Under the pieces are notes generated by a model. It searched no databases, was not told the DNA's origin, and saw nothing but the letters and a program-made list of their open reading frames with translations. A DNA stretch of 64,000 nucleotides. It comes from a candidate division CPR2 bacterium GW2011_GWC2_39_35. GTDB lineage: Bacteria > Patescibacteriota > CPR2. Below are positions 7,845-18,724 of the stretch, piece by piece. The stretch is taken from NCBI GenBank assembly GCA_000995065.1, contig LBWX01000002.1, forward strand, positions 223,708-287,707, given 5' to 3'. The position numbers and the translations under genes are program-made. Each line of letters begins with the position of its first letter. Position 1 is the first letter of the stretch.

Positions 7845-9494
7845 GTGATATGCTTGAAATGGTATTTAAGATTCATTATTTTGCTGTGCGTCTTGGTTTC
7901 GGTATTATTACCGATAAATCCCGATTATGCTAATGCGGAAAGTGTTCATTTAAAGGTTCCTTTTATTCCCCAAGTGCCGCCTGGCCATTGGGGTTACAAA
8001 AGTAACATCGATCATGGCACGTATAATTGCGGGCAGACTTCGGCATTGATGGTAATGTCTTATTATAAGGTTGAACTGCCTGTTTCTGACAAGATCGCTG
8101 AAATAGACAACTGGTTAGCTCAAAAGTATAACGATCCGAAATATTCTGATCATAATAGCTGGTATACGGATACTGATCAACTTGCCGTATTGGCCAAGGA
8201 GTACGGAGGTTTTAAAGAAGCCAGGGCAGAAAATAATTGGAATATTGATAAACTAAAAACCGAGCTTATTAACGGTTGTCCCGTGATAGTAGCGGTACAT
8301 ATACGTATGAATTCGTCTTCTGGTGGACATTTTATGGTCTTAACAGGAATAGATGATGATTATGTGTATGTTAATGATCCAGGCCTAACAAAAGGCATCG
8401 ATAATAAGTATCCTATCTCACAGTTTAAAAGATCTTGGGCAGTTCAAAATAATGCCGTAGTTACTATTCATGAGAAGAAGAATATCGCAATTACCTTCCT
8501 CTTTGATACCACTCACAGCGTTAATGAAAAGGAAATTGAGGCTGCTAAAAGAAACGCTATTTCCGTAGTGAAGGAGCTAGCATTCTTCAAGCCTTATGTC
8601 GCTGCGGCTGATTATCGCGACGTTGTTGAAGAAGGCAAGCAAAATTCTCTGTACGGTATAGAAGGTGATTATCCTTTTAAACCAAGGTTATGTTTTACTC
8701 AGGACTTAAGGCTGGCTGAATCAACCATTAATTCCATCGCTATTGGACCAGCGGGAAGCGGTGGTAACAAGGAGGCAGAGTCAGTTTGCTCAGCTTTAAA
8801 AAGGGGAGTTTCGGGTAATGAGCTTGGCAGCTGGCCTATTGGCTCGGAGCAAAATGTAATTATTTATGGTAATGCAGGCGGTCATATAGAGAGTAAGCCG
8901 GATTCTAATGATGGAAAAGAACCGGTTACCGGCTATTATCGAAGTGATGTTGTACGCGAAGCCTTTAGAAGAGGTGTCTCAAATAGAACGATTATTTTCG
9001 GAGTAGCAACAAGTAACCAGTTTGGTGTGGTTGATGAATTTTCGCGTTACTCGAGGCTTACGGGCGGTTTTGCATCGCTTCTTAACGAAACATCCGATTA
9101 TACGCCCGAATTAGTAGCAAAAAGGGTAGCTAAAGAGATAGAAAATCGTAAGAACCTTGCTTGTGAGAATGTCGAGGTTAGGTTGCCGTCAAAACTGATT
9201 GACTTGACTAGCTTTGAGAATTCTTTTGAAGTTGATCTTGGCTTGCCATCCTCAATTAGTAGAGCGGAGGTTGATGATCTCTCGATTAGGCTTAATTTTG
9301 GAATTCCGCAATGCAAAGTTATGCCGGGAGGTAATAATCAAACTCTTAGGCTATGGTTTGAAAACGAGAGGGCAAGAAAATATCTAAAGAATGGAGCTCA
9401 AGAGATAAAGGTCTATGGTTTTTCCGTAGACAAAGAAGAAAACATAAGATATTTCTTAGGTTCAGCAAATGCGGAGGTGATACATTCGAAATAA
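7845..9494 (+). CDS. Secreted protein with N-terminal C39-like (papain-fold) cysteine peptidase domain
   Basis: YNCGQTSALMVMSYY (catalytic Cys context of Peptidase_C39_2) and GGHFMVLTGIDDDYVYVNDP (His). It has a signal peptide. The likely true start is TTG at 7854 (AGGAG nine nt upstream). Confidence 0.65.
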   Translation: MICLKWYLRFIILLCVLVSVLLPINPDYANAESVHLKVPFIPQVPPGHWGYKSNIDHGTYNCGQTSALMVMSYYKVELPVSDKIAEIDNWLAQKYNDPKYSDHNSWYTDTDQLAVLAKEYGGFKEARAENNWNIDKLKTELINGCPVIVAVHIRMNSSSGGHFMVLTGIDDDYVYVNDPGLTKGIDNKYPISQFKRSWAVQNNAVVTIHEKKNIAITFLFDTTHSVNEKEIEAAKRNAISVVKELAFFKPYVAAADYRDVVEEGKQNSLYGIEGDYPFKPRLCFTQDLRLAESTINSIAIGPAGSGGNKEAESVCSALKRGVSGNELGSWPIGSEQNVIIYGNAGGHIESKPDSNDGKEPVTGYYRSDVVREAFRRGVSNRTIIFGVATSNQFGVVDEFSRYSRLTGGFASLLNETSDYTPELVAKRVAKEIENRKNLACENVEVRLPSKLIDLTSFENSFEVDLGLPSSISRAEVDDLSIRLNFGIPQCKVMPGGNNQTLRLWFENERARKYLKNGAQEIKVYGFSVDKEENIRYFLGSANAEVIHSK

Positions 9495-9497
9495 ATA

Positions 9498-9529
9498 AGG
9501 GGGGCAGGGATAGTCTATTTACGAAAAGT
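9498..9529 (+). terminator. Rho-independent terminator
   Basis: GGGATAGTCTA-loop-TAGACTATCCC, a perfect 11-bp stem, followed by a T-rich run. Confidence 0.6.
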
Positions 9530-9644
9530 AGACTATCCCTTCTTCATTTGGCAAAAGCTTAGGATTTACGGGGGGAGGTTTGTGTGGTAAAATATAGTTC
9601 TTCAAGACATGGGTTGTAAATTCTATTGAAAGGGTGGGAAGCCG

Positions 9645-10592
9645 TTGAAATTATCGAGGTTTTTTTGCTTTGTTTTTGTTGTACATTCTCGAAAGACAAA
9701 GATAGCTGCTTTTGTAGTTGCTGCTTTGGTTGTGGCCTTAATAAGCTTTGGTGCTTTGCAAACAAATAAAAACACCGTTAAGGAAAAGAAGGTCGTAGCT
9801 TCAACACCCAAAGAGGTAACGCAAACAACCGTGCATTGCTCCGATCCTGGCCCGAACGGTGAGATTAAGGATTGGGAGAAAGAAGGTATGCCTGGTCCGG
9901 GGGTCTGTAACTACTTCGTGTTGTACGGTATCACCAAACACCTTGATGTTTATGATTTTTACGCGCTTATGGCATCAAAGCAAAAGTACGATAACTTTGC
10001 AGTTATCGAGCTTAATGATCAGGGGTTAGCTGATGGTGTGCCACCTGATGCAGAGGACTTAGAATGGCGAGTTCCTCGTAAAGTTAGGGTGGTTGCTTAT
10101 CCAGACCTTGAAAGCTACACTGGTCCAGAGGTTGGCGGGCGTTTGTATCGCTTAAATCCCAAGGTAGCTGACACATCGGAAGGCGAATGGCTACTTGAGA
10201 TCTGCGAGGAAGGTTTAGCGGTGGCTTATGTCCTTGTTAAGGGTAAAACTATACCTGAGCCAGAAACCCAAACGGTAAAAGTCAAATATGACTACGTAAA
10301 AAAGCCTTTTATTGAGGAAGGTAGCTACGAGGGAGCCGAAGGCTGGAACATCCAGTTTAAAGGCAGAACAGCGATAATTACAAAAAGTGTGGGGCTTGTG
10401 CCGACTTGTTTGGAAGCGACACACCGTGTAATTTACTATACCCCTCCGCCTGAATCAAAAAGAAGTAAAAAGATGTACGTGGTTTTGGCCAAAGGCCGTT
10501 ACCATCTCGGCAAAAAACTGACCAAGACAAAGTACATTGTTGTTACTGGAGATAAGTATTCTCTTCCTTGGGAGAAGGCGGAAGTAAGGTAA
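9645..10592 (+). CDS. Hypothetical secreted/membrane-anchored protein (TTG start)
   Basis: N-terminal hydrophobic segment. No recognised domain. Confidence 0.45.
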   Translation: MKLSRFFCFVFVVHSRKTKIAAFVVAALVVALISFGALQTNKNTVKEKKVVASTPKEVTQTTVHCSDPGPNGEIKDWEKEGMPGPGVCNYFVLYGITKHLDVYDFYALMASKQKYDNFAVIELNDQGLADGVPPDAEDLEWRVPRKVRVVAYPDLESYTGPEVGGRLYRLNPKVADTSEGEWLLEICEEGLAVAYVLVKGKTIPEPETQTVKVKYDYVKKPFIEEGSYEGAEGWNIQFKGRTAIITKSVGLVPTCLEATHRVIYYTPPPESKRSKKMYVVLAKGRYHLGKKLTKTKYIVVTGDKYSLPWEKAEVR

Positions 10593-10680
10593 TGTGCCAA
10601 AGTGATTCATACTCTCATGTCTTGAAATACCCATCATTGTAGATTCTTTAACAGAAACTGCGGCGATGGGTCTTTCTTTT

Positions 10681-11103
10681 TTATAGTTTCTGTAATAGCT
10701 TTCTAAAATATTTTCTTAAATTTGGATAGGTAAGTTTGTCTTCAACTTCATGAATCGGCACCCAGTCTACTTGGTCGCCTTCGTATTCTATGTTGGTCTC
10801 GGTGTTTAAAGGTCGCAGCAAAAACATGTGGACAACAACGTTTTTGTCTTCAAAGTCGTTGTAATATTCGTCGGGCGGTAGAGATTTAATCATTTCTGTA
10901 TCAATGCCGGTTTCTTCTTTAATTTCCCTAATGGCGGCAAATTCAAAGTCTTCGCCTTCGTCAACATGCCCCTTGGGGAAAGCCCAGTCATTGTGAAATT
11001 TGCGGTACAGTAAAAGCACGTACTTTTGGCCGTTTTCTTCCCGAAAAACTATGCCTCCGGCTTCTACAATTCTGCCTTTCTTGTCAAAAACTTTCTTTTT
11101 CAT
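10681..11103 (-). CDS. NUDIX hydrolase
   Basis: Nudix box PKGHVDEGEDFEFAAIREIKEETG. Confidence 0.85.
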   Translation of the reverse strand: MKKKVFDKKGRIVEAGGIVFREENGQKYVLLLYRKFHNDWAFPKGHVDEGEDFEFAAIREIKEETGIDTEMIKSLPPDEYYNDFEDKNVVVHMFLLRPLNTETNIEYEGDQVDWVPIHEVEDKLTYPNLRKYFRKLLQKL

Positions 11104-11273
11104 GGTTTAAGTATATACAAAAATTAGGCTTACGGCTAGGGAGATTCTTATTGAAAAACTCTATTTTTCATGCTAGAATATTCAAGTCAGAAAAGAGTCA
11201 GTGATCAAGGATCAGAGAAAGAGGCTAATTCGATATTTTTGTTCATTGCTCATTGTTTTTTGTTCCCTGACGT

Positions 11274-11350
11274 GGCAGGGTAGCTCAGTCGGTTAGAGCG
11301 TGGGAATCATAACCCCAAGGTCGCGAGTTCGATCCTCGCCCCTGCTACCA
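11274..11350 (+). tRNA. tRNA(CAT): elongator Met or Ile2-type, CCA encoded
   Basis: Acceptor GGCAGGG/CCCTGCT, loop ATCATAA, T-arm GCGAG-TTCGATC-CTCGC, A31.C39. Confidence 0.75.
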
Positions 11351-11710
11351 TTTTTCGCCGATGGAGAGAAAAATGGCGGGCCATCCGAAGATCAAAGATT
11401 TTCACTGGTTGCTAATGACCGATAGCTAATGATTAGTCATAGACTACATTTGGCACATAGTACCCTAGCATAACCATTTTACTCAAATTTGTAAAAATTA
11501 AATACAAGAGCAAGTTAATAATCACCGGAAGGTGATTTTTGTTCAATCGACTCTTGAGTAAAAAATTTATTCACTATCAATTTATTACAAAATGAGTTAC
11601 AATTTTTAAGCAGAAGAATTCTAAAATTATCTTTTTATTTTGTTTGTTGATTCGTTATAATGTATATGTTAAACTAACATACTGAAATTTGTAAAAGGAG
11701 AAGAAAGTTA

Positions 11711-13585
11711 ATGGCAAATATTCCCAAAGTTCCAAAAATACCCAAAAAAGCGAGTGAAAGTAAGGCTTCCAAGGGCTTTATATATTTTCTTATTGGGCTT
11801 GCATTATTATTCGGAATTTACAGTCTTAACGACGGTGATAAGTCTAATATCGAGAGAGTTCCAATCTCTCAGGTTGTTCAAGAGGTGAAGCAAGATCAAG
11901 TTAAAAAAATACAGGACGATAAGGGTAACTTGACGGTTGAACTTAGAGATGGTAAAAAACAAAAGACGCAGATAGGCTCCGGCCAGTCTGTTACCACGCT
12001 TCTAAAAGATTACGGCGTCGATCCGGCCAAAGTTGAAACTTTAGACGTAGTAGAGAGTACTGATGCGAGCATGTGGGTCAATATTATTCTTTCGATTCTG
12101 CCGTTTGCGGTAATTGGTTTCTTTCTATACTTCATGATGAAGCAGGCGCAAGGTTCTAATAATCAGGCCATGATGTTTGGCAAGTCGAAAGCCAGACTTT
12201 TTGGACCGGATAAAAAGAAAGTAACTTTTGCCGATGTGGCTGGGGTCGAGGAAGCAAAACAAGAACTGAACGAGATTGTAGACTTTCTTAAAAATCCCAA
12301 AAAGTTTACCGATCTTGGCGCCAAAATTCCAAAAGGTGTTTTGATGGTTGGTTTGCCCGGAACGGGTAAAACCTTGCTTTCTAGAGCTGTAGCCGGCGAA
12401 GCTGGCGTGCCGTTTTTCTCCATTTCAGGTTCTGAGTTTGTGGAAATGTTCGTGGGCGTTGGTGCCTCTAGAGTAAGAGATTTATTCCAAAGAGCCAAAA
12501 AGAACGCTCCGTGTATTATCTTTATCGATGAAATTGATGCTGTCGGCAGGCAGCGAGGTGCCGGTCTTGGTGGATCTCACGATGAAAGAGAACAGACCTT
12601 AAACCAAATCCTAGTAGAGATGGATGGTTTTGAGCAGGATACGAATGTTATTGTGATGGCAGCTACCAACCGGCCGGACGTTCTTGATCCGGCGCTACTT
12701 AGACCCGGCCGATTTGACAGAAGGGTTGTTTTAGACGCCCCCGATCTTAAGAGCCGCGTTTCTATTTTGGAAGTTCATGCTAAGGGAAAACCTCTCGAAA
12801 AAGATGTCGATCTAGAAGAAATTGCCAAGCATACCCCGGGATTTTCCGGGGCGGATCTGGCTAACTTGGTAAACGAAGCGGCAATTTTAGCCGGCAGAAG
12901 AAACTTAAAAAAGGTGAGTCAATCTGAGCTTACCGAAGCAGTAGAAAAAGTTCTTTTAGGTCCCGAGCGAAAATCTCATATATTGTCTCCAAAAGAAAAA
13001 GAGATTACGGCTTATCATGAGGCTGGCCACGCTATTGTCGGTCATCTATTACCGCATTGCGATAAAGTTCACAAGGTGTCGGTAGTGTCTAGAGGACAAG
13101 CTGGCGGCTATACCTGGAGTATTCCGGACGAAGATAAATACATGCACTCGAAGGTGGATTTCGAAGATCAAATTGCGATGATGCTTGGCGGACGAATTGC
13201 CGAAAAGGTAATTTACGGTGCTGACAATGTGACGACCGGAGCCGAGAACGATCTTCGGCAAGCGACAAAACTCGCCCGAAAAATGGTGGTTGAGTATGGC
13301 ATGTCAGAAAAAATGGGTGCCAGAGTATTTGGCCACAAAGAAGAAATGGTCTTTTTAGGCCGAGAACTTGGTGAACACACCAAGGATTATTCTGAAGCCA
13401 CAGCTAACAAAATTGATGATGAAGTAACCCGAATCATCGGTGAAGGTATTCGTAAAGCTGAAAAGATCATTAAAGACCACACAGAAAAACTAAAAACCAT
13501 CTCCAAGGAACTCTTAGAAAAAGAGATCCTAAACGCTGCCGAATTCGAAAAGATCATGGGCGGGCCAAAGAAAGTAGCAGCATAA
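11711..13585 (+). CDS. ftsH: ATP-dependent zinc metalloprotease FtsH
   Basis: N-terminal transmembrane segment, AAA Walker A GLPGTGKT, second region of homology, and the HEAGH zinc site. Confidence 0.95.
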   Translation: MANIPKVPKIPKKASESKASKGFIYFLIGLALLFGIYSLNDGDKSNIERVPISQVVQEVKQDQVKKIQDDKGNLTVELRDGKKQKTQIGSGQSVTTLLKDYGVDPAKVETLDVVESTDASMWVNIILSILPFAVIGFFLYFMMKQAQGSNNQAMMFGKSKARLFGPDKKKVTFADVAGVEEAKQELNEIVDFLKNPKKFTDLGAKIPKGVLMVGLPGTGKTLLSRAVAGEAGVPFFSISGSEFVEMFVGVGASRVRDLFQRAKKNAPCIIFIDEIDAVGRQRGAGLGGSHDEREQTLNQILVEMDGFEQDTNVIVMAATNRPDVLDPALLRPGRFDRRVVLDAPDLKSRVSILEVHAKGKPLEKDVDLEEIAKHTPGFSGADLANLVNEAAILAGRRNLKKVSQSELTEAVEKVLLGPERKSHILSPKEKEITAYHEAGHAIVGHLLPHCDKVHKVSVVSRGQAGGYTWSIPDEDKYMHSKVDFEDQIAMMLGGRIAEKVIYGADNVTTGAENDLRQATKLARKMVVEYGMSEKMGARVFGHKEEMVFLGRELGEHTKDYSEATANKIDDEVTRIIGEGIRKAEKIIKDHTEKLKTISKELLEKEILNAAEFEKIMGGPKKVAA

Positions 13586-13648
13586 TTTAGGTGGATGGGT
13601 TAATTGGTCATGGGGTTAACGGGTAGATAGGAAATTAGGCTAATAAAA

Positions 13649-13674
13649 AACGGGGCTTAACGGCCCCGTTTTGT
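13649..13674. terminator. Bidirectional rho-independent terminator between ftsH and the EamA gene
   Basis: aaaaAACGGGGC-ttaac-GCCCCGTTtttgt. Confidence 0.6.
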
Positions 13675-13721
13675 GTTTAGTCATTGCGAGGAGTCCGGCG
13701 ACGTGGCAATCTTGCTTCGCT

Positions 13722-14588
13722 TTATAGAGAAATAATAATAAGGCCACTTACTATTATAAGTCCTGCTAAATATTGTTTTGTCTGAAGTTTTTCTTTATAA
13801 ACAAGCTTTCCGTAAATAATGGAAACCATTGGTCTTGCCGATCCCACGGCTGTAACGAGACTTACCGGGGCTACTCTTACGCCGTAGTTGTAAACAAGAC
13901 CGCCAAAACCGGCAAGAATGGCAACAAAGAAAATATATTTCATACTGCTTTTATCACTTAAAGAAAAGCTCCGGTTGGTAGCTAAAATATAAACTGCTGC
14001 ACCAATTGCAACACCAGTTTCAACTAATAGCGCAGCTAAAATTGGTCCGAAGGTATTAATGGGGATCTTAATTAGAAAAAAGTAAGCCCCAAGCCCTAAG
14101 CTGCCAGCTACTGCCAGCGGTACTCCGCTTGAGTAAGAAAAAAGGTGGGATTTCTTAATCTCCTTAAAATTAATCGATATCAGAATATTTCCTAAAACAA
14201 TTAAAAAAACTGCTATTACTTGTATTGTGTTTAAGGTTTCTTTAAAGAAGATCAAGGCGAGGATAATAGTAAAGATTGCAGATGATCCCGTGATTGGTGT
14301 TACCACGCCTACTTTCCCAAGCTTAAGTGATTGATATAAAGCAATGAGCGGGATTGCTCCGAGGCTTGACACCAAAATAGTAGTGATTATTGTTTGAGGA
14401 TCTAAGAAAATATTTTCATGATTGCTGAGCAGAAAAACCAGAAGTAGTAATATGCTAATAAAGACATTGCGATAAAATAACAGTTTCTGACTTCCATCTT
14501 TCTTAGCAGGCACTTTTGAAATCGCATTTGAAAGACCATAGCTAAGCATAGACATTAGTCCAAATAAAATACCAAGCGCTGTATTCAT
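13722..14588 (-). CDS. EamA/DMT-family transporter
   Basis: About 10 transmembrane segments with the duplicated EamA pattern. Confidence 0.7.
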   Translation of the reverse strand: MNTALGILFGLMSMLSYGLSNAISKVPAKKDGSQKLLFYRNVFISILLLLVFLLSNHENIFLDPQTIITTILVSSLGAIPLIALYQSLKLGKVGVVTPITGSSAIFTIILALIFFKETLNTIQVIAVFLIVLGNILISINFKEIKKSHLFSYSSGVPLAVAGSLGLGAYFFLIKIPINTFGPILAALLVETGVAIGAAVYILATNRSFSLSDKSSMKYIFFVAILAGFGGLVYNYGVRVAPVSLVTAVGSARPMVSIIYGKLVYKEKLQTKQYLAGLIIVSGLIIISL

Positions 14589-14778
14589 AAAGAAATTTTA
14601 GCTTGATTAAGTTATTTTGTCGATGCGATTTAGATTCATGATTTGTGTCGATAAACGGAGAATCTTAGGATAATTATTCTAGTCCGGGTAATTCTAAAGT
14701 TTTTTCATTTATTCTTTGCTGTTTCGAGATCTCTATTTCGCTCTTCAAAAGATAAGCGCAAAGTGCTAAAATAGCGAG

Positions 14779-16461
14779 GTGAGAAAATACCTCTACGAGA
14801 TCTCGAGAAAGAAGCTTACCGTTGGATCAGCGGCTATTATTTTGAGCTTTACTTCGCTGGCTTCTAATATTTTAGGTTTGTACCGAGAGCGAATTATAGC
14901 TTCCATGTTTGGTACCAACTATTTTGCCGAGATTTACGGCGCCAGTTTTAGACTGCCGGATCTCATCTTTAATATTCTTATCTTAGGGGCCTTATCGGCC
15001 GCTTTTATCCCGATTTTTATAGAAAGATTAGTGGAGGACGAGGATAAAGAGTCGGCTTGGCGGCTTGCAAATTCCTTTTTAAATTTGCTTCTTATTGTTG
15101 CGGTTGTTGGGGCAATCTTAATCGCCATTTTAGCGCCATACATCGTGCCCTTACTTGTGCCTGGTTTTAAACATAAACAGGTTGGAGTGGACATGATGCA
15201 AATTACCGTGAACACCACGAGACTTCTTTTATTGTCCCCAATCTTTATGTGTATTTCGGGGGTATTTTCGGGCATCTTAAACTCTTTTAAGAGGTTTGTA
15301 GCTTATTCGATCGCACCATTAATCTATAATTTATCAATTATTATAGCCGCTATTTTTCTGGCAGAGGGACACCAAGTTCCGGTTTATGGGCTAGCAGTTG
15401 GTGTAATAATCGGTGCTTTTTTCCATGCTGCTATTCAAATTCCGGCTGTAATAGATGCGGGTTTTAAATACCGTTTCATTCTAGATTTAAAAGATAATGG
15501 TCTTCGAAAAATCGTGAGGCTTATGGGGCCCAGAACCTTCACTATTGGGGTTACGCAAATTAATTTACTAGTTGATACCATAAAAGCGTCTTATCTTGTT
15601 GGGGGCATTGCGATTCTAAACTACGCTAATAATATTCAGACTTTGCCGACGGTGGTTTTTGGAATTGCCATTGCAACGGCGGCTTTTCCATATCTTTCGG
15701 AGGCGCTATCTTCTAAGAGACAAGAAGATTTTAGAAAAGCTTTTTCCTGGAGCTTTAAAAGGATTTTGTATTTTATGATTCCGGCCTCGGTGGGTATCAT
15801 TGTTCTAAGAGCGCAGATTGTAAGACTGATTTTTGGAATCGGAAATTTTGATTGGTCTAGCACGGAGCCTACGGCTTATGTTTTGGGTATTTTTGGCTTC
15901 GGTCTGGTAGCCCAAGGACTTCTTCCTCTTTTAACACGCACTTTTTACGTTCTTCAAGACACAAAGACTCCTCTTAAGATTGCTATTATTGGAATGGTAA
16001 TAAACGCTCTTGGGACAATATTCTTGCCCGGACTTTCTTTAACACTGCCGCAAATTATTTACAATCCATCAATCGGATTTTATGTGTTATGGTACCAATT
16101 TACATTGGGGGTCGGTGGTATTGCTTTGGCGTTTATAGCGGCTGGCTTTGTAACAATGTTTATGTCTTATATAGTTCTTCATAAACGACTTGGCAATTTA
16201 CATGACGCAGATATTATTAAAGATTTTGTTAAAATTTTGCTAGCATCAATAATAATGGGTATTGTCGCTCATTACGCTTTATACCTTTTTGATCCGTTAG
16301 TTCAAAACTCGGGCGGTAAGATCGCTAAGGGACTACTTCCGCAAACAATTTTATCGATTATTTTGGCCGTTATTTCTTATTTTAGTTTGACCTTAGTTAT
16401 GAAAATCGGGGAGTCCCGGGAAATATTAAGGAAAATTCAGAAAGTATTGGCGAAAAGCTGA
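14779..16461 (+). CDS. murJ: Lipid II flippase MurJ (MviN)
   Basis: 14-TM MOP-family signature and the N-terminal SRxLGxxRE motif. Confidence 0.85.
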   Translation: MRKYLYEISRKKLTVGSAAIILSFTSLASNILGLYRERIIASMFGTNYFAEIYGASFRLPDLIFNILILGALSAAFIPIFIERLVEDEDKESAWRLANSFLNLLLIVAVVGAILIAILAPYIVPLLVPGFKHKQVGVDMMQITVNTTRLLLLSPIFMCISGVFSGILNSFKRFVAYSIAPLIYNLSIIIAAIFLAEGHQVPVYGLAVGVIIGAFFHAAIQIPAVIDAGFKYRFILDLKDNGLRKIVRLMGPRTFTIGVTQINLLVDTIKASYLVGGIAILNYANNIQTLPTVVFGIAIATAAFPYLSEALSSKRQEDFRKAFSWSFKRILYFMIPASVGIIVLRAQIVRLIFGIGNFDWSSTEPTAYVLGIFGFGLVAQGLLPLLTRTFYVLQDTKTPLKIAIIGMVINALGTIFLPGLSLTLPQIIYNPSIGFYVLWYQFTLGVGGIALAFIAAGFVTMFMSYIVLHKRLGNLHDADIIKDFVKILLASIIMGIVAHYALYLFDPLVQNSGGKIAKGLLPQTILSIILAVISYFSLTLVMKIGESREILRKIQKVLAKS

Positions 16462-16469
16462 AATATGAT

Positions 16470-16520
16470 TTCAAAGTTCAAAACTCAAAATTCAAAGTTT
16501 CAGTTCAAAATTAAAAATTA
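16470..16520. repeat. Dispersed intergenic repeat, family 2
   Basis: ttcaaaactcaaaattcaaagtttcagttcaaaattaaaa; matches the copy at 5230. Confidence 0.7.
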
Positions 16521-16633
16521 AGCACTAAGTAGCAACTCATTTGTGCGCGGAAAAATTTTGAATTTTGTGAATGATTATAAAAAAGCGAATATTTTTGCTT
16601 CAAAAAAGACACGAATTACTATATAATATACCG

Positions 16634-18430
16634 ATGAATATTCGAGACTTCTGTATCATCGCCCACATAGACCACGGCAAATCGACGTTAGCCGATCGAC
16701 TTTTGGAATTTACGGACACTGTGTCTAAGAGAGAAATGAAAGAGCAGCTCTTAGACCAGATGGATTTGGAGCGGGAACGAGGCATTACTATTAAGCTTCA
16801 GCCGGTACGGATGAATTATAATTACGGCGGCGAAACTTACGAGCTGAATCTAATTGATACTCCGGGTCACGTTGATTTTACTTACGAGGTTTCTAGGTCC
16901 CTGGCGGCGGTTGAGGGGGCCGTTCTTTTGGTGGACGCCACTCAAGGCATTCAGGCTCAGACCTTAACTAACCTTCGATTAGCTCAGGAGCAAAACCTAA
17001 AAATTATCCCGGTGATAAATAAAATCGATCTTCCCTCTGCCGAAATAGATAAAGTGGTAGAGGAAATGGTTAATGTTATCGGGGTGTCCGAAGAAGAAAT
17101 TATCCTGGCATCCGGCAAGGATGGCTCCGGTGTTAAAGAGCTTTTAGATGCTATTGTAGAGCGCATTCCAGCACCAACTATGTCTCAGTCGGTACATAGC
17201 GATGTCAAAGCTTTAATTTTTGACTCTGTTTTCAATTCGTATAAAGGAGTTATTACATACGTAAGGCTAGTTGAGGGTAGGATTAAAAAAGGAGATAAGC
17301 TAAAATTTATGGCAACCGGAAAAGAAGCAGAAGCTATAGAAGTCGGTTGTTTTAAACCTCAGCTTTCGCCAACCGATACTATCGAGGAAGGCGAAATTGG
17401 CTATATTGTAACAGGATTAAAATCGGTGCGAGACGCCAAGGTAGGAGACACAATAACAAAAGCTGTGAATTCAAGGTCTGGCCTTGAGATCAGAGAGCTG
17501 GCGGGGTTTAAGGAGATCAAGCCATTTGTTTTTGCGTCAATTTTTATGATAGACGGCGAGCCAGCCGATCTTCGGGATGCTTTAGAAAAATTGCAGCTAA
17601 ATGATGCTTCTCTTACTTTTGATCCGGAAAATTCCCCCGCCTTGGGGCTTGGGTTTAGATGCGGTTTTCTCGGCCTTTTGCATTTAGACATAGTAAAAGA
17701 AAGATTAGAACGTGAATATAACTTAAATTTACTGGTTACAACGCCGAGTGTGTCTTATGAAGTCACCCAGCAAGGCGGCAATAAACTTCGGATCCACAGT
17801 CCTTCTGAGCTTCCTGACCCGGCAACCATCGAAGAAATTGCCGAGCCTTATGTAAAATTGGAAATCATTACCCCCTCGAATTATGTGGGGACGGTGATGG
17901 AGCTTGCGAATGACGCCAGAGGCGTTTATCGCGATATGTCTTATCTGGAGGAAACAACCGCGATCTTAGCCTACGAGATTCCGCTTGCCGAAATCATTAC
18001 GAATTTTTATGATGATCTTAAGAGGGTGACTTCCGGTTACGCTTCTTATAATTACGAATTTATCGGGGATATTCCGGGCGATTTGGTAAAACTTGATATT
18101 TTGGTGGCGGGCGAAAAAGTGGATCCATTATCTCTTATTGTACCTAGAGAAAAAGCTCAGTACATTGGCCGGCCGATCCTAGAAAACTTGAGAAATGTCA
18201 TACCGAAACAGATGTTTGAAGTTTCTTTGCAAGCAGCAATTGGTTCCAAGGTGATAGCCAGAGAAACCATCTCGGCACTCCGAAAAGACGTAATCGCCAA
18301 GCTTTACGGCGGCGACTATTCAAGGAAACGAAAACTTTTAGAAAAGCAAAAAGCCGGTAAAAAGAAGATGAAAAAAATCGGCCGGGTAGACATTCCTCAA
18401 GAAGCCTTTTGGGCGATGCTTAAGAAGTAG
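16634..18430 (+). CDS. lepA: Elongation factor 4 (LepA)
   Basis: MNIRDFCIIAHIDHGKSTLADRLL G1 motif, DTPGH, NKID, and the LepA C-terminal domain. The start codon was chosen in-frame at M22 of the ORF track. Confidence 0.95.
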   Translation: MNIRDFCIIAHIDHGKSTLADRLLEFTDTVSKREMKEQLLDQMDLERERGITIKLQPVRMNYNYGGETYELNLIDTPGHVDFTYEVSRSLAAVEGAVLLVDATQGIQAQTLTNLRLAQEQNLKIIPVINKIDLPSAEIDKVVEEMVNVIGVSEEEIILASGKDGSGVKELLDAIVERIPAPTMSQSVHSDVKALIFDSVFNSYKGVITYVRLVEGRIKKGDKLKFMATGKEAEAIEVGCFKPQLSPTDTIEEGEIGYIVTGLKSVRDAKVGDTITKAVNSRSGLEIRELAGFKEIKPFVFASIFMIDGEPADLRDALEKLQLNDASLTFDPENSPALGLGFRCGFLGLLHLDIVKERLEREYNLNLLVTTPSVSYEVTQQGGNKLRIHSPSELPDPATIEEIAEPYVKLEIITPSNYVGTVMELANDARGVYRDMSYLEETTAILAYEIPLAEIITNFYDDLKRVTSGYASYNYEFIGDIPGDLVKLDILVAGEKVDPLSLIVPREKAQYIGRPILENLRNVIPKQMFEVSLQAAIGSKVIARETISALRKDVIAKLYGGDYSRKRKLLEKQKAGKKKMKKIGRVDIPQEAFWAMLKK

Positions 18431-18450
18431 GCTAATTGGTTCATGACTAA

Positions 18451-18503
18451 TTCAAAATGCAAAACTCAAAAGGCAAAATTACAGTTTAAAGGTTAAAATT
18501 GAA
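18451..18503. repeat. Dispersed intergenic repeat, family 2
   Basis: ttcaaaatgcaaaactcaaaaggcaaaattacagtttaaaggttaaaa. Confidence 0.65.
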
Positions 18504-18669
18504 AGATTTTCTAAAAAGGGTTTTTTTGTTTGAGATCGACAGCTGTCGGTGAAGAAGCAATATAATTGATTGCTTAGTTAAGAGTCGAATCTAATTAAAA
18601 TAAGGCCTCGGAGAAAAGTTTAGGTAAGCGTTTAATCACTTAACTAAAATCTAATCTTTAGCCTTATTG

Positions 18670-18699
18670 GGATTCGGACCCTGAACGGTCCGAATCCCG
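18670..18699. terminator. Perfect 12-bp hairpin (GGGATTCGGACC-ctgaac-GGTCCGAATCCC) between convergent lepA and a small membrane protein gene
   Basis: Perfect inverted repeat. There is no clear T-tract, so it may be a terminator or an RNA stability element. Confidence 0.4.
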
Positions 18700-18724
18700 T
18701 TCCACATAATCGCATAGCCTTTAT

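Noticed and set aside
11600-11710. Promoter upstream of ftsH (TTGATT ... TATAAT)
   Set aside because: Candidate -35 and -10 hexamers exist, but the spacing is non-canonical (3 nt, or an alternative weak -35). The region is so AT-rich that hexamer matches are not informative.
12163-12498. Antisense ORFs inside ftsH, murJ, lepA, the sigma-like gene and others (e.g. 12163-12498, 14934-15275, 17401-17691, 42418-42885, 43751-44050)
   Set aside because: They are embedded opposite strongly supported genes and have low-complexity translations typical of antisense frames.
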